Assembly (NCBI GenBank): GCA_964495875.1
Contig: CAZBWB010000002.1
Span: 24,363 to 88,362 of the forward strand
DNA from: Candidatus Woesearchaeota archaeon
Lineage (GTDB): Archaea; Nanobdellota; Nanobdellia; Pacearchaeales; GW2011-AR1
Direction of reading: 5' to 3'
DNA length: 64,000 bases
Positions within the stretch are counted from its first letter, which is position 1. The number at the start of each line of letters is the position of its first letter. This document shows, piece after piece, positions 50,515-59,222 of this stretch. The notes below the pieces were generated by a model. That model had not been told where the DNA came from and ran no database searches. It was given only the letters and a program-made list of their open reading frames with translations. The translations under genes and the position numbers were made by a program.

Positions 50515-50739
50515 TCATGCAAAAACATTTAAATGTCTTCCATATTTATCAGAATCTATAATTTTTCCTTTTGAATTATAAATTGACAAAACTTTCTCTC
50601 TCTCATCTTCCAGTATTTTTCGAAATCTTGCCTCTTTTGATTCATGAGTTTCTTCTCCTTTCTTACGATTTTTTTGAATAGTATCATGCGCTAATCCAAC
50701 ATTTCCGGCGTTTGTCACTGCAACAAAATTATCTATCAT
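50515..50739 (-). CDS. hypothetical 74-aa protein (last gene of the ComEA-like operon)
   Basis: 4-nt overlap with the upstream gene. Confidence 0.4.
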   Translation of the reverse strand: MIDNFVAVTNAGNVGLAHDTIQKNRKKGEETHESKEARFRKILEDEREKVLSIYNSKGKIIDSDKYGRHLNVFA

Positions 50740-51236
50740 TTTATATTCTCATTATTTTTATCTTTATTAATTATTTCTTTAAGTCTTTTTTCTAATATTC
50801 CTTTTTCAACTTGCAATACTCTCGCTACTTCATCATAACCATGAAGTCTTCTTATAAGTTCATTAAATATCTCGTTCCATCCGTTATTTGTCAGTGCAAT
50901 TAATTCAGGAGAAATAATTTCAATATGTGCAGGCATATATCTGAACATCAGATATGCGAGGGAAGACATTTCATCAATTTCAACTTCAATTTCAGCAAAA
51001 CTTGTGTAAAAATCTTGCTGTGGTTTGATTTTTTTCTCTTCTCCGGTTTCCATGATTTTGACATTTTCTTTCATAGGAACTGGCTCTTTTATGTCCTTGT
51101 TTTTGACACTAATTCCTTTCTCTTTATCAATTTGCTCTATCAGTTTCTTCAGTGTTTCAACCAAATGTTCCGGCGGCTTTCCAATTATCTCAAATATAAC
51201 TACTGCCCTGATTTTCTTTGCTTCATCTAAACTCAT
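50736..51236 (-). CDS. hypothetical 166-aa protein (second gene of the ComEA-like operon)
   Basis: 14-nt overlap with the ComEA-like gene; no family recognised. Confidence 0.5.
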   Translation of the reverse strand: MSLDEAKKIRAVVIFEIIGKPPEHLVETLKKLIEQIDKEKGISVKNKDIKEPVPMKENVKIMETGEEKKIKPQQDFYTSFAEIEVEIDEMSSLAYLMFRYMPAHIEIISPELIALTNNGWNEIFNELIRRLHGYDEVARVLQVEKGILEKRLKEIINKDKNNENIK

Positions 51237-51780
51237 TTTTATATTTTTTATTTTTTATCATGAATAAAATTCCAAGCAAAACACAAAAAGCCATAAAGCC
51301 ATACTTAGCATAATTCTGCTTGTATGAATTTTCCTTGTCATTTTCAGTTTTTATATCTTTTGTATTCAACGTGTTTAATTTAATTATTTCCAATTCCACA
51401 GTTTTATTATTTTCCCTTTCTTCATCAACTATTGAAACTGATTCTTCTGATTTATTTTCAGGTTTTTCAGTTTCTTCTGTTATCTTTTCTTCTTCAGATT
51501 CCTTTTCATCTTCTTCATCTTCATCATCAACACATGCCAATCCCTGTTCTTTTATTTTGTTTAAAGTTTTTTCTCCGATTCCATACACATTTATCAAATC
51601 ATCAACAGAATCAAAAGGACGAGTATTAATTATTTCCTGTGCTTTAACTTCACCTATCCCATATAATTTATCCAACTCTTCTGCAGATGCTGTGTTGATA
51701 TTAATTTGGTCTTCATTGCAGGATGCAGAGATAAAAGAAATAGAAAATAAAACCATGATAAATACTATCCATCCTTTCAT
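51223..51780 (-). CDS. ComEA-like helix-hairpin-helix DNA-binding protein, signal peptide plus C-terminal TM
   Basis: ININTASAEELDKLYGIGEVKAQEIINTRPFDSVDDLINVYGIGEKTLNKIKEQG is a tandem HhH ComEA signature; followed by an acidic linker and FMAFCVLLGILFMI anchor. Confidence 0.75.
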   Translation of the reverse strand: MKGWIVFIMVLFSISFISASCNEDQININTASAEELDKLYGIGEVKAQEIINTRPFDSVDDLINVYGIGEKTLNKIKEQGLACVDDEDEEDEKESEEEKITEETEKPENKSEESVSIVDEERENNKTVELEIIKLNTLNTKDIKTENDKENSYKQNYAKYGFMAFCVLLGILFMIKNKKYKNEFR

Positions 51781-51801
51781 ATCGATTAAAATAAATGATT
51801 A

Positions 51802-51809
51802 ATTTAAAA
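51802..51809 (-). promoter_or_regulatory. TATA box, leaderless spacing
   Basis: Reverse-strand TTTTAAAT centred 25.5 nt upstream of ATG 51780. Confidence 0.5.
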
Positions 51810-51879
51810 ACTGTTATGTTATTTTTTATATTTAATCAATCACATAAAACCTTAAATATGATTTTCTAATTTATCTTCC

Positions 51880-52320
51880 ATGTTTGATCCAGAGGAACAT
51901 ACTAAAATAAGAAAAAATTTGGGTATATTAATTAACACACTTGAAGCATTAAGAGTCCCAACAAGATTAACAGAAGAAGAAAGAAAAGAAAGAATATCTA
52001 AAACCATAGATTTTTTATTTTCAGTGCGTGATGGATTCTTGTATCTTTCTGAGGGTTTGATTGTAAAAGACCCAAATAATTCTGTATATGATATGGGTTT
52101 ATTTAAAAAAGCTCTGGAATATTCAGATTCCAAAAATTTACAAAGAAGATATCTCTCTTCTAAAAAAAGACTTGAAAATTTAAATCATCCGATTGAACAA
52201 TTAATGAATTACGAAAATAAAAAAATTTCAGGTGCAATATTTGATTTTCTGTTAGCATTATTGAAAGGAGTAGGAAAATTCAGTAGAGATTATGCAAATC
52301 AAGAAGATACTGATGATTAA
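51880..52320 (+). CDS. hypothetical 146-aa protein
   Basis: ORF with CTTAAATA box 25.5 nt upstream. Confidence 0.5.
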   Translation: MFDPEEHTKIRKNLGILINTLEALRVPTRLTEEERKERISKTIDFLFSVRDGFLYLSEGLIVKDPNNSVYDMGLFKKALEYSDSKNLQRRYLSSKKRLENLNHPIEQLMNYENKKISGAIFDFLLALLKGVGKFSRDYANQEDTDD

Positions 52321-52710
52321 TTATTTAAAAAACTGAGCGAATTTTTTTCCTTTTTTCTTTGCTTCTTCAAGTGTAATAACCAGATTTTTATCAGACTTGC
52401 GGAGATTTTTAGGATGCAGAAAAATCCATCCCTCTCTGTTGAATCTTAATGCCAACACAGGTTTTAGCCCGAAAATCTCAGAAAAAATCATGAAATTTTC
52501 TATCTGTTCTTTTGAGATATACTTTACTGGCTTTTTGCTTGATTTTACCTCTATGCAGTATTTTTTTCCCTTTTTTCCTGCAATCAAATCACACTCTGCA
52601 TTTTCCATCACACCGCTCCCTGCAACACGAACTGCTCGGTAATTGTTTTCAATAAATTTCTGAAAAAGCTCTCTTTCTATTTTACTTCCTTTTGCTTTAT
52701 TTTTTGGCAT
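52321..52710 (-). CDS. hjc: Holliday junction resolvase Hjc
   Basis: KGSKIERELFQKFIENNYRAVRVAGSG...CDLIAGKKGKKYCIEVKSS matches the Hjc E-x-D-x-EVK nuclease core. Confidence 0.8.
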   Translation of the reverse strand: MPKNKAKGSKIERELFQKFIENNYRAVRVAGSGVMENAECDLIAGKKGKKYCIEVKSSKKPVKYISKEQIENFMIFSEIFGLKPVLALRFNREGWIFLHPKNLRKSDKNLVITLEEAKKKGKKFAQFFK

Positions 52711-52746
52711 TTTCTTTTCAGTAAAATCATATTATTATTCAAAATT

Positions 52747-53166
52747 TTATACGCTTTTCTTAGTAATCCAGGTCTGAAGAATTATAAATATTATAGCCAA
52801 AATGCTGATAATCCCTTTCACTGCGAGAAATGAAGCATTCTGAATATTTATCTGAGGAAGGCTTAAAATTCCCGCAATACTTGCAATACTTCCGACAACA
52901 ATCATTGTAATCTTGCCCAGAATTTCTGATGTTAAACCCTTTCTTTTTATTTTTCTAATTTCTTTTATTGAGGTTTCAAAAACCAATCCTAAACCAAGTG
53001 TAACCAGCCAGAGAGTTTCTATATAACCCTTTATATCAATATAAAACAAACTTTCCAGGACAATGCTTGCAAATCCGATTATACTCACAAGTGAAAGTGC
53101 AATTACAAAATTCCTCGAAGTTATTCTTCTTTTATCAGCCTCTTTGTTTTTATCCTCTTTTTTCAT
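52747..53166 (-). CDS. hypothetical membrane protein (4 TM)
   Basis: Hydrophobic profile only. Confidence 0.45.
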   Translation of the reverse strand: MKKEDKNKEADKRRITSRNFVIALSLVSIIGFASIVLESLFYIDIKGYIETLWLVTLGLGLVFETSIKEIRKIKRKGLTSEILGKITMIVVGSIASIAGILSLPQINIQNASFLAVKGIISILAIIFIILQTWITKKSV

Positions 53167-53192
53167 TTTATCTTCTTAATAGATTATTTTAT

Positions 53193-53378
53193 TTATAAAT
53201 CTCTTCCTTGTAGGGTTCTTCTCTTGTTTTCTTTTGCTCTTTTAATTCCTTTTCTCAGAATCTCTTCTGCCTCTCTTTCTAAAGCCATTCCCACATCTTC
53301 TGCAATACTTGAAACAGCATTTTCTTTATCCAACTCCTTCACAACTTTTCTTATGTTTGATTTTATAATTAATGCCAT
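53193..53378 (-). CDS. 61-aa histone-fold-like protein (archaeal histone / DUF1931-like)
   Basis: IRKVVKEL..AVSSIAEDVGMALEREAEEILRKGIKRAKENKRRTLQGRDL aligns by eye with the HMf-type helix-loop-helix-loop-helix pattern, including the ...GRKTIKAEDI-like end. Confidence 0.45.
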   Translation of the reverse strand: MALIIKSNIRKVVKELDKENAVSSIAEDVGMALEREAEEILRKGIKRAKENKRRTLQGRDL

Positions 53379-53443
53379 GTTTTACGAAATCAAAAAGAGT
53401 TTTTAAATATATTTTAAAGAATTCATTCAAAACTATTTGATAT

Positions 53444-54949
53444 TTATCTCTGAAAATTTTTATTTTGTTTATAGCTCCTAAAATAATGTTTCACTAAAGC
53501 GAGATTTATCTTTCCTGCTAAGATAGATTTAAGACCCATAAAAGACAATTTAATAATGTTTGATATTTTTACAGCCATAAGTAAAATTGTTTTATTTTCA
53601 ACATTTTTTATAAGAGATTTTGGAAAGAAAGATTTGGAAAACAGAGATATTTTAAGATTGTAGATTTGTTTCTTCTCATCTCTTTTTTTGTTTATATCCA
53701 TCTTCCAGTTAAAAAGGTCTTCTTCTGGATTTATCTGTTTTTTGTTGTCCTTTATCATTCTTTCAGTAAGGTCTGTTTTTGGAAAGCTAATTAAAGAGAA
53801 TATATTTAGATGATAAGGTCTTTTTATTTTTAATAAAAGATTTATACTATCCTTCATATCCTTTTCTGTTTCATACGGATTATCAAGAATTATATCATAA
53901 GTTGGTGCAATCTTATATTTGTTGAATATTTTTGCAACTTCTAAAAGCTTTTCATCTGAGACATGTCTGTTAAATATTTCACATCTGACTCTCTCTGAGC
54001 CAGACTGAATCCCTATACCCACCCTTTCAAGTCCACAAGATTTAAGTTTTGAAACTATTTCTTCAGTAACAAGATTGGGATGAAGACATAAACTAAAAGG
54101 CAAATTAATTTTCTTTTTATACTCTTTTAAAAATTCATCAAGCCAATCTTCCTCAAGAATAAAAATTTCATCATAAAAAAACACTTCTTTGATATTTAAT
54201 TTATCTTTAGCTTCAACTAACTCTTGCATGCAGTTTTCAACACTTCTTTTTCTTACAAAATTTCCCTTACCTTTATACAATCTATGTAAGTAAGAATTGC
54301 TGCAATATGCACAAGAATACGGACATCCCCTGCCCACCATCACATCGTATTTGCTGTATTTTAATTTTGGGTCATAAGATGATATTTCATTTTCATTTAT
54401 CGAATATTTGTGCTCTTCTGAAAAGTCATAGAAACTGACAGAATCCAAATCATCATTTAAATTATCTACTGGGTTTTTTATAATTTTATTACTTTTTTTA
54501 ACCCATAAATTTTTGATATTTGAAATATTTTTTTTATCTTTTAGGTTATTCATTAACTTAAGCATAGCCAGTTCTCCATCCCCGATACAAATTATGTCCG
54601 CATGTTTTATACATTTCTCTGGTTCAATTGTTGGATGCGTGTTTCCCCATATAATCAACTTGTTAAGAGATTTTAATCTTTCAGTTAGATTTATTGCAAT
54701 CTTAAAGAAAGGAGAACGAACAGATAAAGCAATTACATCTGGATTTAATGCTTTAATTTTATTAAATAGTAAATGAATTTCTTTTTCAGATGGTTCTTGG
54801 ATACCCCACAATAATTCTTTGAAGAAAATCAGATTGGATTCAAACCCATTCTTTCTTAATAATCCATGGATATTTCTCAACCCAAAAGCATGATGGTCGT
54901 ACAATGAAATTAATGCTGCGGATGGTTGGTTATTTGTTATTCTTTCCAT
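53444..54949 (-). CDS. B12-binding-domain radical SAM enzyme
   Basis: N-terminal Rossmann-like B12 domain, then GRGCPYSCAYC cluster motif. Confidence 0.75.
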   Translation of the reverse strand: MERITNNQPSAALISLYDHHAFGLRNIHGLLRKNGFESNLIFFKELLWGIQEPSEKEIHLLFNKIKALNPDVIALSVRSPFFKIAINLTERLKSLNKLIIWGNTHPTIEPEKCIKHADIICIGDGELAMLKLMNNLKDKKNISNIKNLWVKKSNKIIKNPVDNLNDDLDSVSFYDFSEEHKYSINENEISSYDPKLKYSKYDVMVGRGCPYSCAYCSNSYLHRLYKGKGNFVRKRSVENCMQELVEAKDKLNIKEVFFYDEIFILEEDWLDEFLKEYKKKINLPFSLCLHPNLVTEEIVSKLKSCGLERVGIGIQSGSERVRCEIFNRHVSDEKLLEVAKIFNKYKIAPTYDIILDNPYETEKDMKDSINLLLKIKRPYHLNIFSLISFPKTDLTERMIKDNKKQINPEEDLFNWKMDINKKRDEKKQIYNLKISLFSKSFFPKSLIKNVENKTILLMAVKISNIIKLSFMGLKSILAGKINLALVKHYFRSYKQNKNFQR

Positions 54950-55011
54950 AAATTATAATTTTTTTTAAGGATTATAAATTTTATTATACCTGATTTTATG
55001 ATTAATGCCAT

Positions 55012-55332
55012 TTAATATTTGAATCTCCTTTCATATTCTTTATGGTCCATCCATTCAAGGATGATAGAAAAAACTAACAGATTTCTTCCCTCTACGCTAT
55101 AAATAAGTCTCCACGCCCCAGGGAGATTATATTTCCATAAATTTTTTATCACGAATTTTTTAACATATTCTTTCGGAATCAATTTTTTTGGAATTTGAAT
55201 TCCACAAAAAGCATTATTCTCTATATCCTCAAATGCCCGCATAAGAATTTTGTATAATTCTTTATCTTCTTTTTCCAGTCTGCTAAAAGCATCTTTTATT
55301 TTTTCATTTGCAAATTGTATACTACTTTTCAT
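55012..55332 (-). CDS. RelE/ParE-superfamily toxin-like protein
   Basis: ...KYNLPGAWRLIYSVEGRNLLVFSIILEWMDHKEYERRF; ORF opens at 55377. Confidence 0.55.
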   Translation of the reverse strand: MKSSIQFANEKIKDAFSRLEKEDKELYKILMRAFEDIENNAFCGIQIPKKLIPKEYVKKFVIKNLWKYNLPGAWRLIYSVEGRNLLVFSIILEWMDHKEYERRFKY

Positions 55333-55621
55333 TTTTTCTCCATAAGAGATGGGTTTTTTTAAGAAGTTTTTCCACATCCTTCGGGTAATAAATCCATCCT
55401 ATCTTCATCTCTGCATCAACAGATATCTTTCCAGAAACAATAAGATAATCTAAGATAATTGAAAAAGTCTGATACATCATTTTTTTTGGAAGAGCTTTCC
55501 ATAATTGTTTTTTCCTAAATTCTCCATCATGTTTTTTTATAAAATCTTCCAAAAAGAGGACAGTATCTAATCTTGGAAATCTTGCAGAAGGATTTTGCGA
55601 TTTTATTAATTTCAAACTCAT
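55322..55621 (-). CDS. putative cognate antitoxin / small winged-helix protein
   Basis: 99 aa, overlaps the toxin-like gene; TTTATAAA box 25.5 nt upstream. Confidence 0.4.
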   Translation of the reverse strand: MSLKLIKSQNPSARFPRLDTVLFLEDFIKKHDGEFRKKQLWKALPKKMMYQTFSIILDYLIVSGKISVDAEMKIGWIYYPKDVEKLLKKTHLLWRKNEK

Positions 55622-55662
55622 GGTTATATCAATTGATTCACCTTTATAAATTTTATTATATT

Positions 55663-56022
55663 CTAGCTCATACCTCTTTGCTTTGCTAGATCAGACAATT
55701 CTTTTATAAACTCATAAAGTAGGTTGTCTGCAAATTTAATGTCTTCTTTTGTTGTTAATCTGTTATGGAAACCAGAACTTTCTATGTAATCAAAAAATCT
55801 TTTTGCGTAACTATCATCAACAAAACCACTCCTGTTCGCGAACTCAAATATATTCCCAACACGCTGAAACCACCCGCCAGATACTTTATGAGTAGAATGG
55901 ATATTATGTAAAACCTTATCTGGAATTTCATCCGTATAATCCTTCAGATGACTTCTGGCTTTAGCTAAATATTTTTGTAAAAGCATATTCTGGTAATCTT
56001 CTTCCACAGTTCTTTCAAGCAT
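55663..56022 (-). CDS. hypothetical 119-aa protein
   Basis: ORF with CTTATAAA box 25.5 nt upstream. Confidence 0.45.
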   Translation of the reverse strand: MLERTVEEDYQNMLLQKYLAKARSHLKDYTDEIPDKVLHNIHSTHKVSGGWFQRVGNIFEFANRSGFVDDSYAKRFFDYIESSGFHNRLTTKEDIKFADNLLYEFIKELSDLAKQRGMS

Positions 56023-56067
56023 GCCAACGGAAAAATAATCTCATTTATAAGAATTACTATTTTTTTA

Positions 56068-57555
56068 TTATTTTATCTTCCCCAGAAATTTAATAATATT
56101 CTCTTTGCCAACAGCCAAAATCAAAGCAGCTAATCTTGGTCCTTTTATTTTTCCAATCAAAATCATATATGCGCCCTCAAAAAATTCCTTGTTGTCTATG
56201 CCGACTGCATTGCAGATGTTGTAAAATTCATTAAATAATTCATCTTCTGTAAAATCCCTGACAGCCAAAGATTCCTTCAATGCATTTAATGCCTGCTTCT
56301 GCTTTTTATCTAACTTTATTTTAATCTTTTCCTGAATTTCAAACTTAAAATCTTCAGGAGCATATTTTTCAAGCCAGTTTTTGACTTTTTCTGCTCTTGC
56401 CTTTGATTCTTCATTTAATTCTTTTATTTTTCCAATCTGAACCAGAGTTATCAAATGCCTGAATCCTGCTTTTTCTGGCTTGCTTTTTGATAATTTTACC
56501 TGGGATAATTCATAAATCCTTTTTTCCTGGTTATTTGCCTTTTTTTCATAATATTTCTCTTCCAAAGCATCATACTCATCATAAATCTTTATCACATCAG
56601 CATCAAAACTTATCTGAAATCCCTTGTTTGGTCTTGTGCTGACAAAAAGATACCTCAGTATTTCTGGTTCATAAACTTCCAAAACATCACTCAGAGAGAT
56701 AACATTTCCTGCTGAACTTGAAAATTCTGTTCCTCCTTTGATTCTCACCCATTCATAAAACTGATACAACGGAGGATTATAATCAAAAATTTTTTTTGAA
56801 ATTTCCTTTCCTGTCATAAAAGAACCTCCATATACGCTATGGTCAATTCCTCCTGGTTCAAAATCAACTTTTTCATAAAACCATCGTGCAGGCCAGTCAA
56901 CTCTCCATTTTAATTTTACTATCCCGGTTTTTCTGTAATCAATTCTGTTCTTGAATCCGCATTTGCATTCATATTCAATAAAATATCCGTCACTCTTTGT
57001 TATTTTTGTTGAATCTTTTCTGCATTTTTCACAGTAAATTTCTATCGGAAGCCAATCTTTTTCTAACGGCTCTTTTCTGTATTTATTAAGAATTTTCCTA
57101 ATTTCATTCTTTTTTTCTATTGCTAATTTTATTAATTTGGCATATTTGCATTTTTTGTGCATTATATTTTGTCTTATAAATTCCGGTTTTATGCCGACTT
57201 TTTCAAGAGATTTTTCAAATTCTTTTTCAAAATATCCAGCATAATTTTTTCCTTTTCCTGAAGGAGAAGGCACTTCGCTTATAGGCATGCCTATATATTT
57301 TTCATAATCTTTGTCAACATCTGCAGGAACTTTTCTGAACCTGTCAAAATCATCCCAAGAATAAATAAATCTGGCTTTTTTCTTCTTATCTTTCAATGCC
57401 CTGACAACCAAGTCAGTTGTTATGACTTCTCTGAAATTTCCTATATGGACTGTTCCTGACGGACTGATTCCAGATGCACAAACATATTTTTTCTTTTTAT
57501 TTCTTTCCTTGATTATCTTATCAGCAATTGCATCAGCCCAAAAAAATTTTTCCAT
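56068..57555 (-). CDS. lysK: class I lysyl-tRNA synthetase
   Basis: FWADAIADKII...ASGISPSGTVHIGNFREV (HIGH-type motif) and archaeal LysK length. Confidence 0.9.
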   Translation of the reverse strand: MEKFFWADAIADKIIKERNKKKKYVCASGISPSGTVHIGNFREVITTDLVVRALKDKKKKARFIYSWDDFDRFRKVPADVDKDYEKYIGMPISEVPSPSGKGKNYAGYFEKEFEKSLEKVGIKPEFIRQNIMHKKCKYAKLIKLAIEKKNEIRKILNKYRKEPLEKDWLPIEIYCEKCRKDSTKITKSDGYFIEYECKCGFKNRIDYRKTGIVKLKWRVDWPARWFYEKVDFEPGGIDHSVYGGSFMTGKEISKKIFDYNPPLYQFYEWVRIKGGTEFSSSAGNVISLSDVLEVYEPEILRYLFVSTRPNKGFQISFDADVIKIYDEYDALEEKYYEKKANNQEKRIYELSQVKLSKSKPEKAGFRHLITLVQIGKIKELNEESKARAEKVKNWLEKYAPEDFKFEIQEKIKIKLDKKQKQALNALKESLAVRDFTEDELFNEFYNICNAVGIDNKEFFEGAYMILIGKIKGPRLAALILAVGKENIIKFLGKIK

Positions 57556-57578
57556 ATTTTAATTTAGTAAAACTCCTT

Positions 57579-57836
57579 TTAATATTTAACTTTATACACA
57601 TTTTTTCTTTGCCTTATTTCTATTACATAGACAATCAGAATATTTTTTTTAATATCCAATATCAGCCTGTAATCCCCTGCTCTTGCCCTGAAATAAGGGC
57701 TTCCAATAATTTTTTTTATGATGTGATAAGGCCTTATTTTTAGTCTTTCAATCACAGAACCAATCCTGTTTTGGGTTTCTTTTGGAAGTTTAGTTAATTG
57801 TTTTTTTGCTTTACCAGAAAGAACAATCTTATACAT
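57579..57836 (-). CDS. relE: RelE-family mRNA interferase toxin
   Basis: FRARAGDYRLILDIKKNILIVYVIEIRQRKNVY. Confidence 0.75.
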   Translation of the reverse strand: MYKIVLSGKAKKQLTKLPKETQNRIGSVIERLKIRPYHIIKKIIGSPYFRARAGDYRLILDIKKNILIVYVIEIRQRKNVYKVKY

Positions 57837-58059
57837 TTATCTTGAGCTCCTTTTTCACTTCTTCCCAATCGTAAACATCTCCTTTTTCAATTTCTTTTCT
57901 TGCCTCTTCAATATCTTTCTTGGTTTCTTCAGAAAGCTCCATTCTGTCTTCTAATAAATCCCAGATAATATCTTCATAACTTTCTTTAGAATATATTTTC
58001 ATTAATTGCAATTTTTCCAAAAGCTCCTTGCTAATTTGTATTGTGGTTACCATAGTCAA
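57829..58059 (-). CDS. antitoxin of the RelE module
   Basis: 76 aa, acidic, 8-nt overlap with relE. Confidence 0.55.
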   Translation of the reverse strand: MTMVTTIQISKELLEKLQLMKIYSKESYEDIIWDLLEDRMELSEETKKDIEEARKEIEKGDVYDWEEVKKELKINV

Positions 58060-58078
58060 TTATATGATTGCTATATAT

Positions 58079-58486
58079 TTAAACCTTTTTATTCCTGTCT
58101 AATTCTTTATTAACAAGTTTGTCAGCAATTTTCTGGAAACTATCCCATCTGCTAACATGGATATATTTAATTTTCTCAAATTTTTCCTGTAATTGCTGAA
58201 CCTTGCAGAACAATTCTCTGAGTTTTTCATTCTTCACCCTGTATTTTCCAAGCAATTGCTTTACGACTAATTCAGAATCAAGATAACATGTTATTTCTTT
58301 TTTAGTATATTTTGATGCCAACTCTAATGCTTTTATCAAAGCCGTATATTCTGCAATATTATTTGTGCATTTCCCGATTTTAGCACAATGTTCTTTAATG
58401 ATTTTTCCGTCTTTTCTGATTATAACTCCAATTGCACCTGGTCCTGGATTTCCCCTGCTTCCTCCGTCAGAATTTGTTTGTATCAT
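58079..58486 (-). CDS. rnhA: ribonuclease HI (type 1 RNase H)
   Basis: SDGGSRGNPGPGAIGVII...NNIAEYTALIKALELA...DSELVVKQL (DEDD core). Confidence 0.85.
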   Translation of the reverse strand: MIQTNSDGGSRGNPGPGAIGVIIRKDGKIIKEHCAKIGKCTNNIAEYTALIKALELASKYTKKEITCYLDSELVVKQLLGKYRVKNEKLRELFCKVQQLQEKFEKIKYIHVSRWDSFQKIADKLVNKELDRNKKV

Positions 58487-58671
58487 TGTTGCAATAAAAT
58501 AGGTTTTTTAATAGAGGGAAAAAAGGATTCATAAGGTCTTAATGGCTTTGTCTCTACTGGATAAGGTATTCCATACTTATAAGGATACCAATCTTTAAGA
58601 AATTGCTCCCATTGACTGGATATTTTCTCTGAATCAGTCGCTAATGTCTCAATTCTTTTTTTCATTTTCAA
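58483..58671 (-). CDS. hypothetical 62-aa protein
   Basis: 4-nt overlaps with both neighbours. Confidence 0.35.
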   Translation of the reverse strand: MKMKKRIETLATDSEKISSQWEQFLKDWYPYKYGIPYPVETKPLRPYESFFPSIKKPILLQQ

Positions 58672-58943
58672 ATATGCAAAACCTTGAATGTCTTGAAATC
58701 CTGAAATCTTTCTGGTTTAATTTCAACATTTTTTATCTGAGCATGTTTTGGTCCTTTTTTGCAAAGTTCAATCATCTTGTTCACATTGTCAGCATCACCC
58801 TCCAGGAAAATTTCAATCCGTCCGTCATCTAAATTTCTCACAAAACCTTTTACATTATATCTCTCGGCATTTTCCTTTATGAACATTCTGAAAAAAACTC
58901 CCTGCACAATCCCATTAATATAAAGTCTCACTGATTTTTTCAT
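58668..58943 (-). CDS. acyP: acylphosphatase
   Basis: LYINGIVQGVFFRMFIKENAERYNVKGFVRNLDDGRIEIFLEG. Confidence 0.88.
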   Translation of the reverse strand: MKKSVRLYINGIVQGVFFRMFIKENAERYNVKGFVRNLDDGRIEIFLEGDADNVNKMIELCKKGPKHAQIKNVEIKPERFQDFKTFKVLHI

Positions 58944-59036
58944 TCTTTAAGAAATAGATAAAGATTATTAAAGTTTTTTATACAATCCTATATTAGAGTT
59001 TCATAATGTTTAAAAATAATTAACCTAAATAATAAT

Positions 59037-59222
59037 ATGAATAATTTTAAAAATAAGATATTGGAAGATGAAATTGGAGGAGGCACAGTTGTAAGAGTCA
59101 GTTCTAAAGGACATTATACTACTTATAGATTAGGATATGCTAATGATAAAGAAGAGCCATTAGCAAATAAATTGGTTGATAAAGATGGACAACTTTATCT
59201 TTCTTTTATGAAAGATTATTAA
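59037..59222 (+). CDS. hypothetical 61-aa protein
   Basis: ORF only. Confidence 0.3.
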   Translation: MNNFKNKILEDEIGGGTVVRVSSKGHYTTYRLGYANDKEEPLANKLVDKDGQLYLSFMKDY

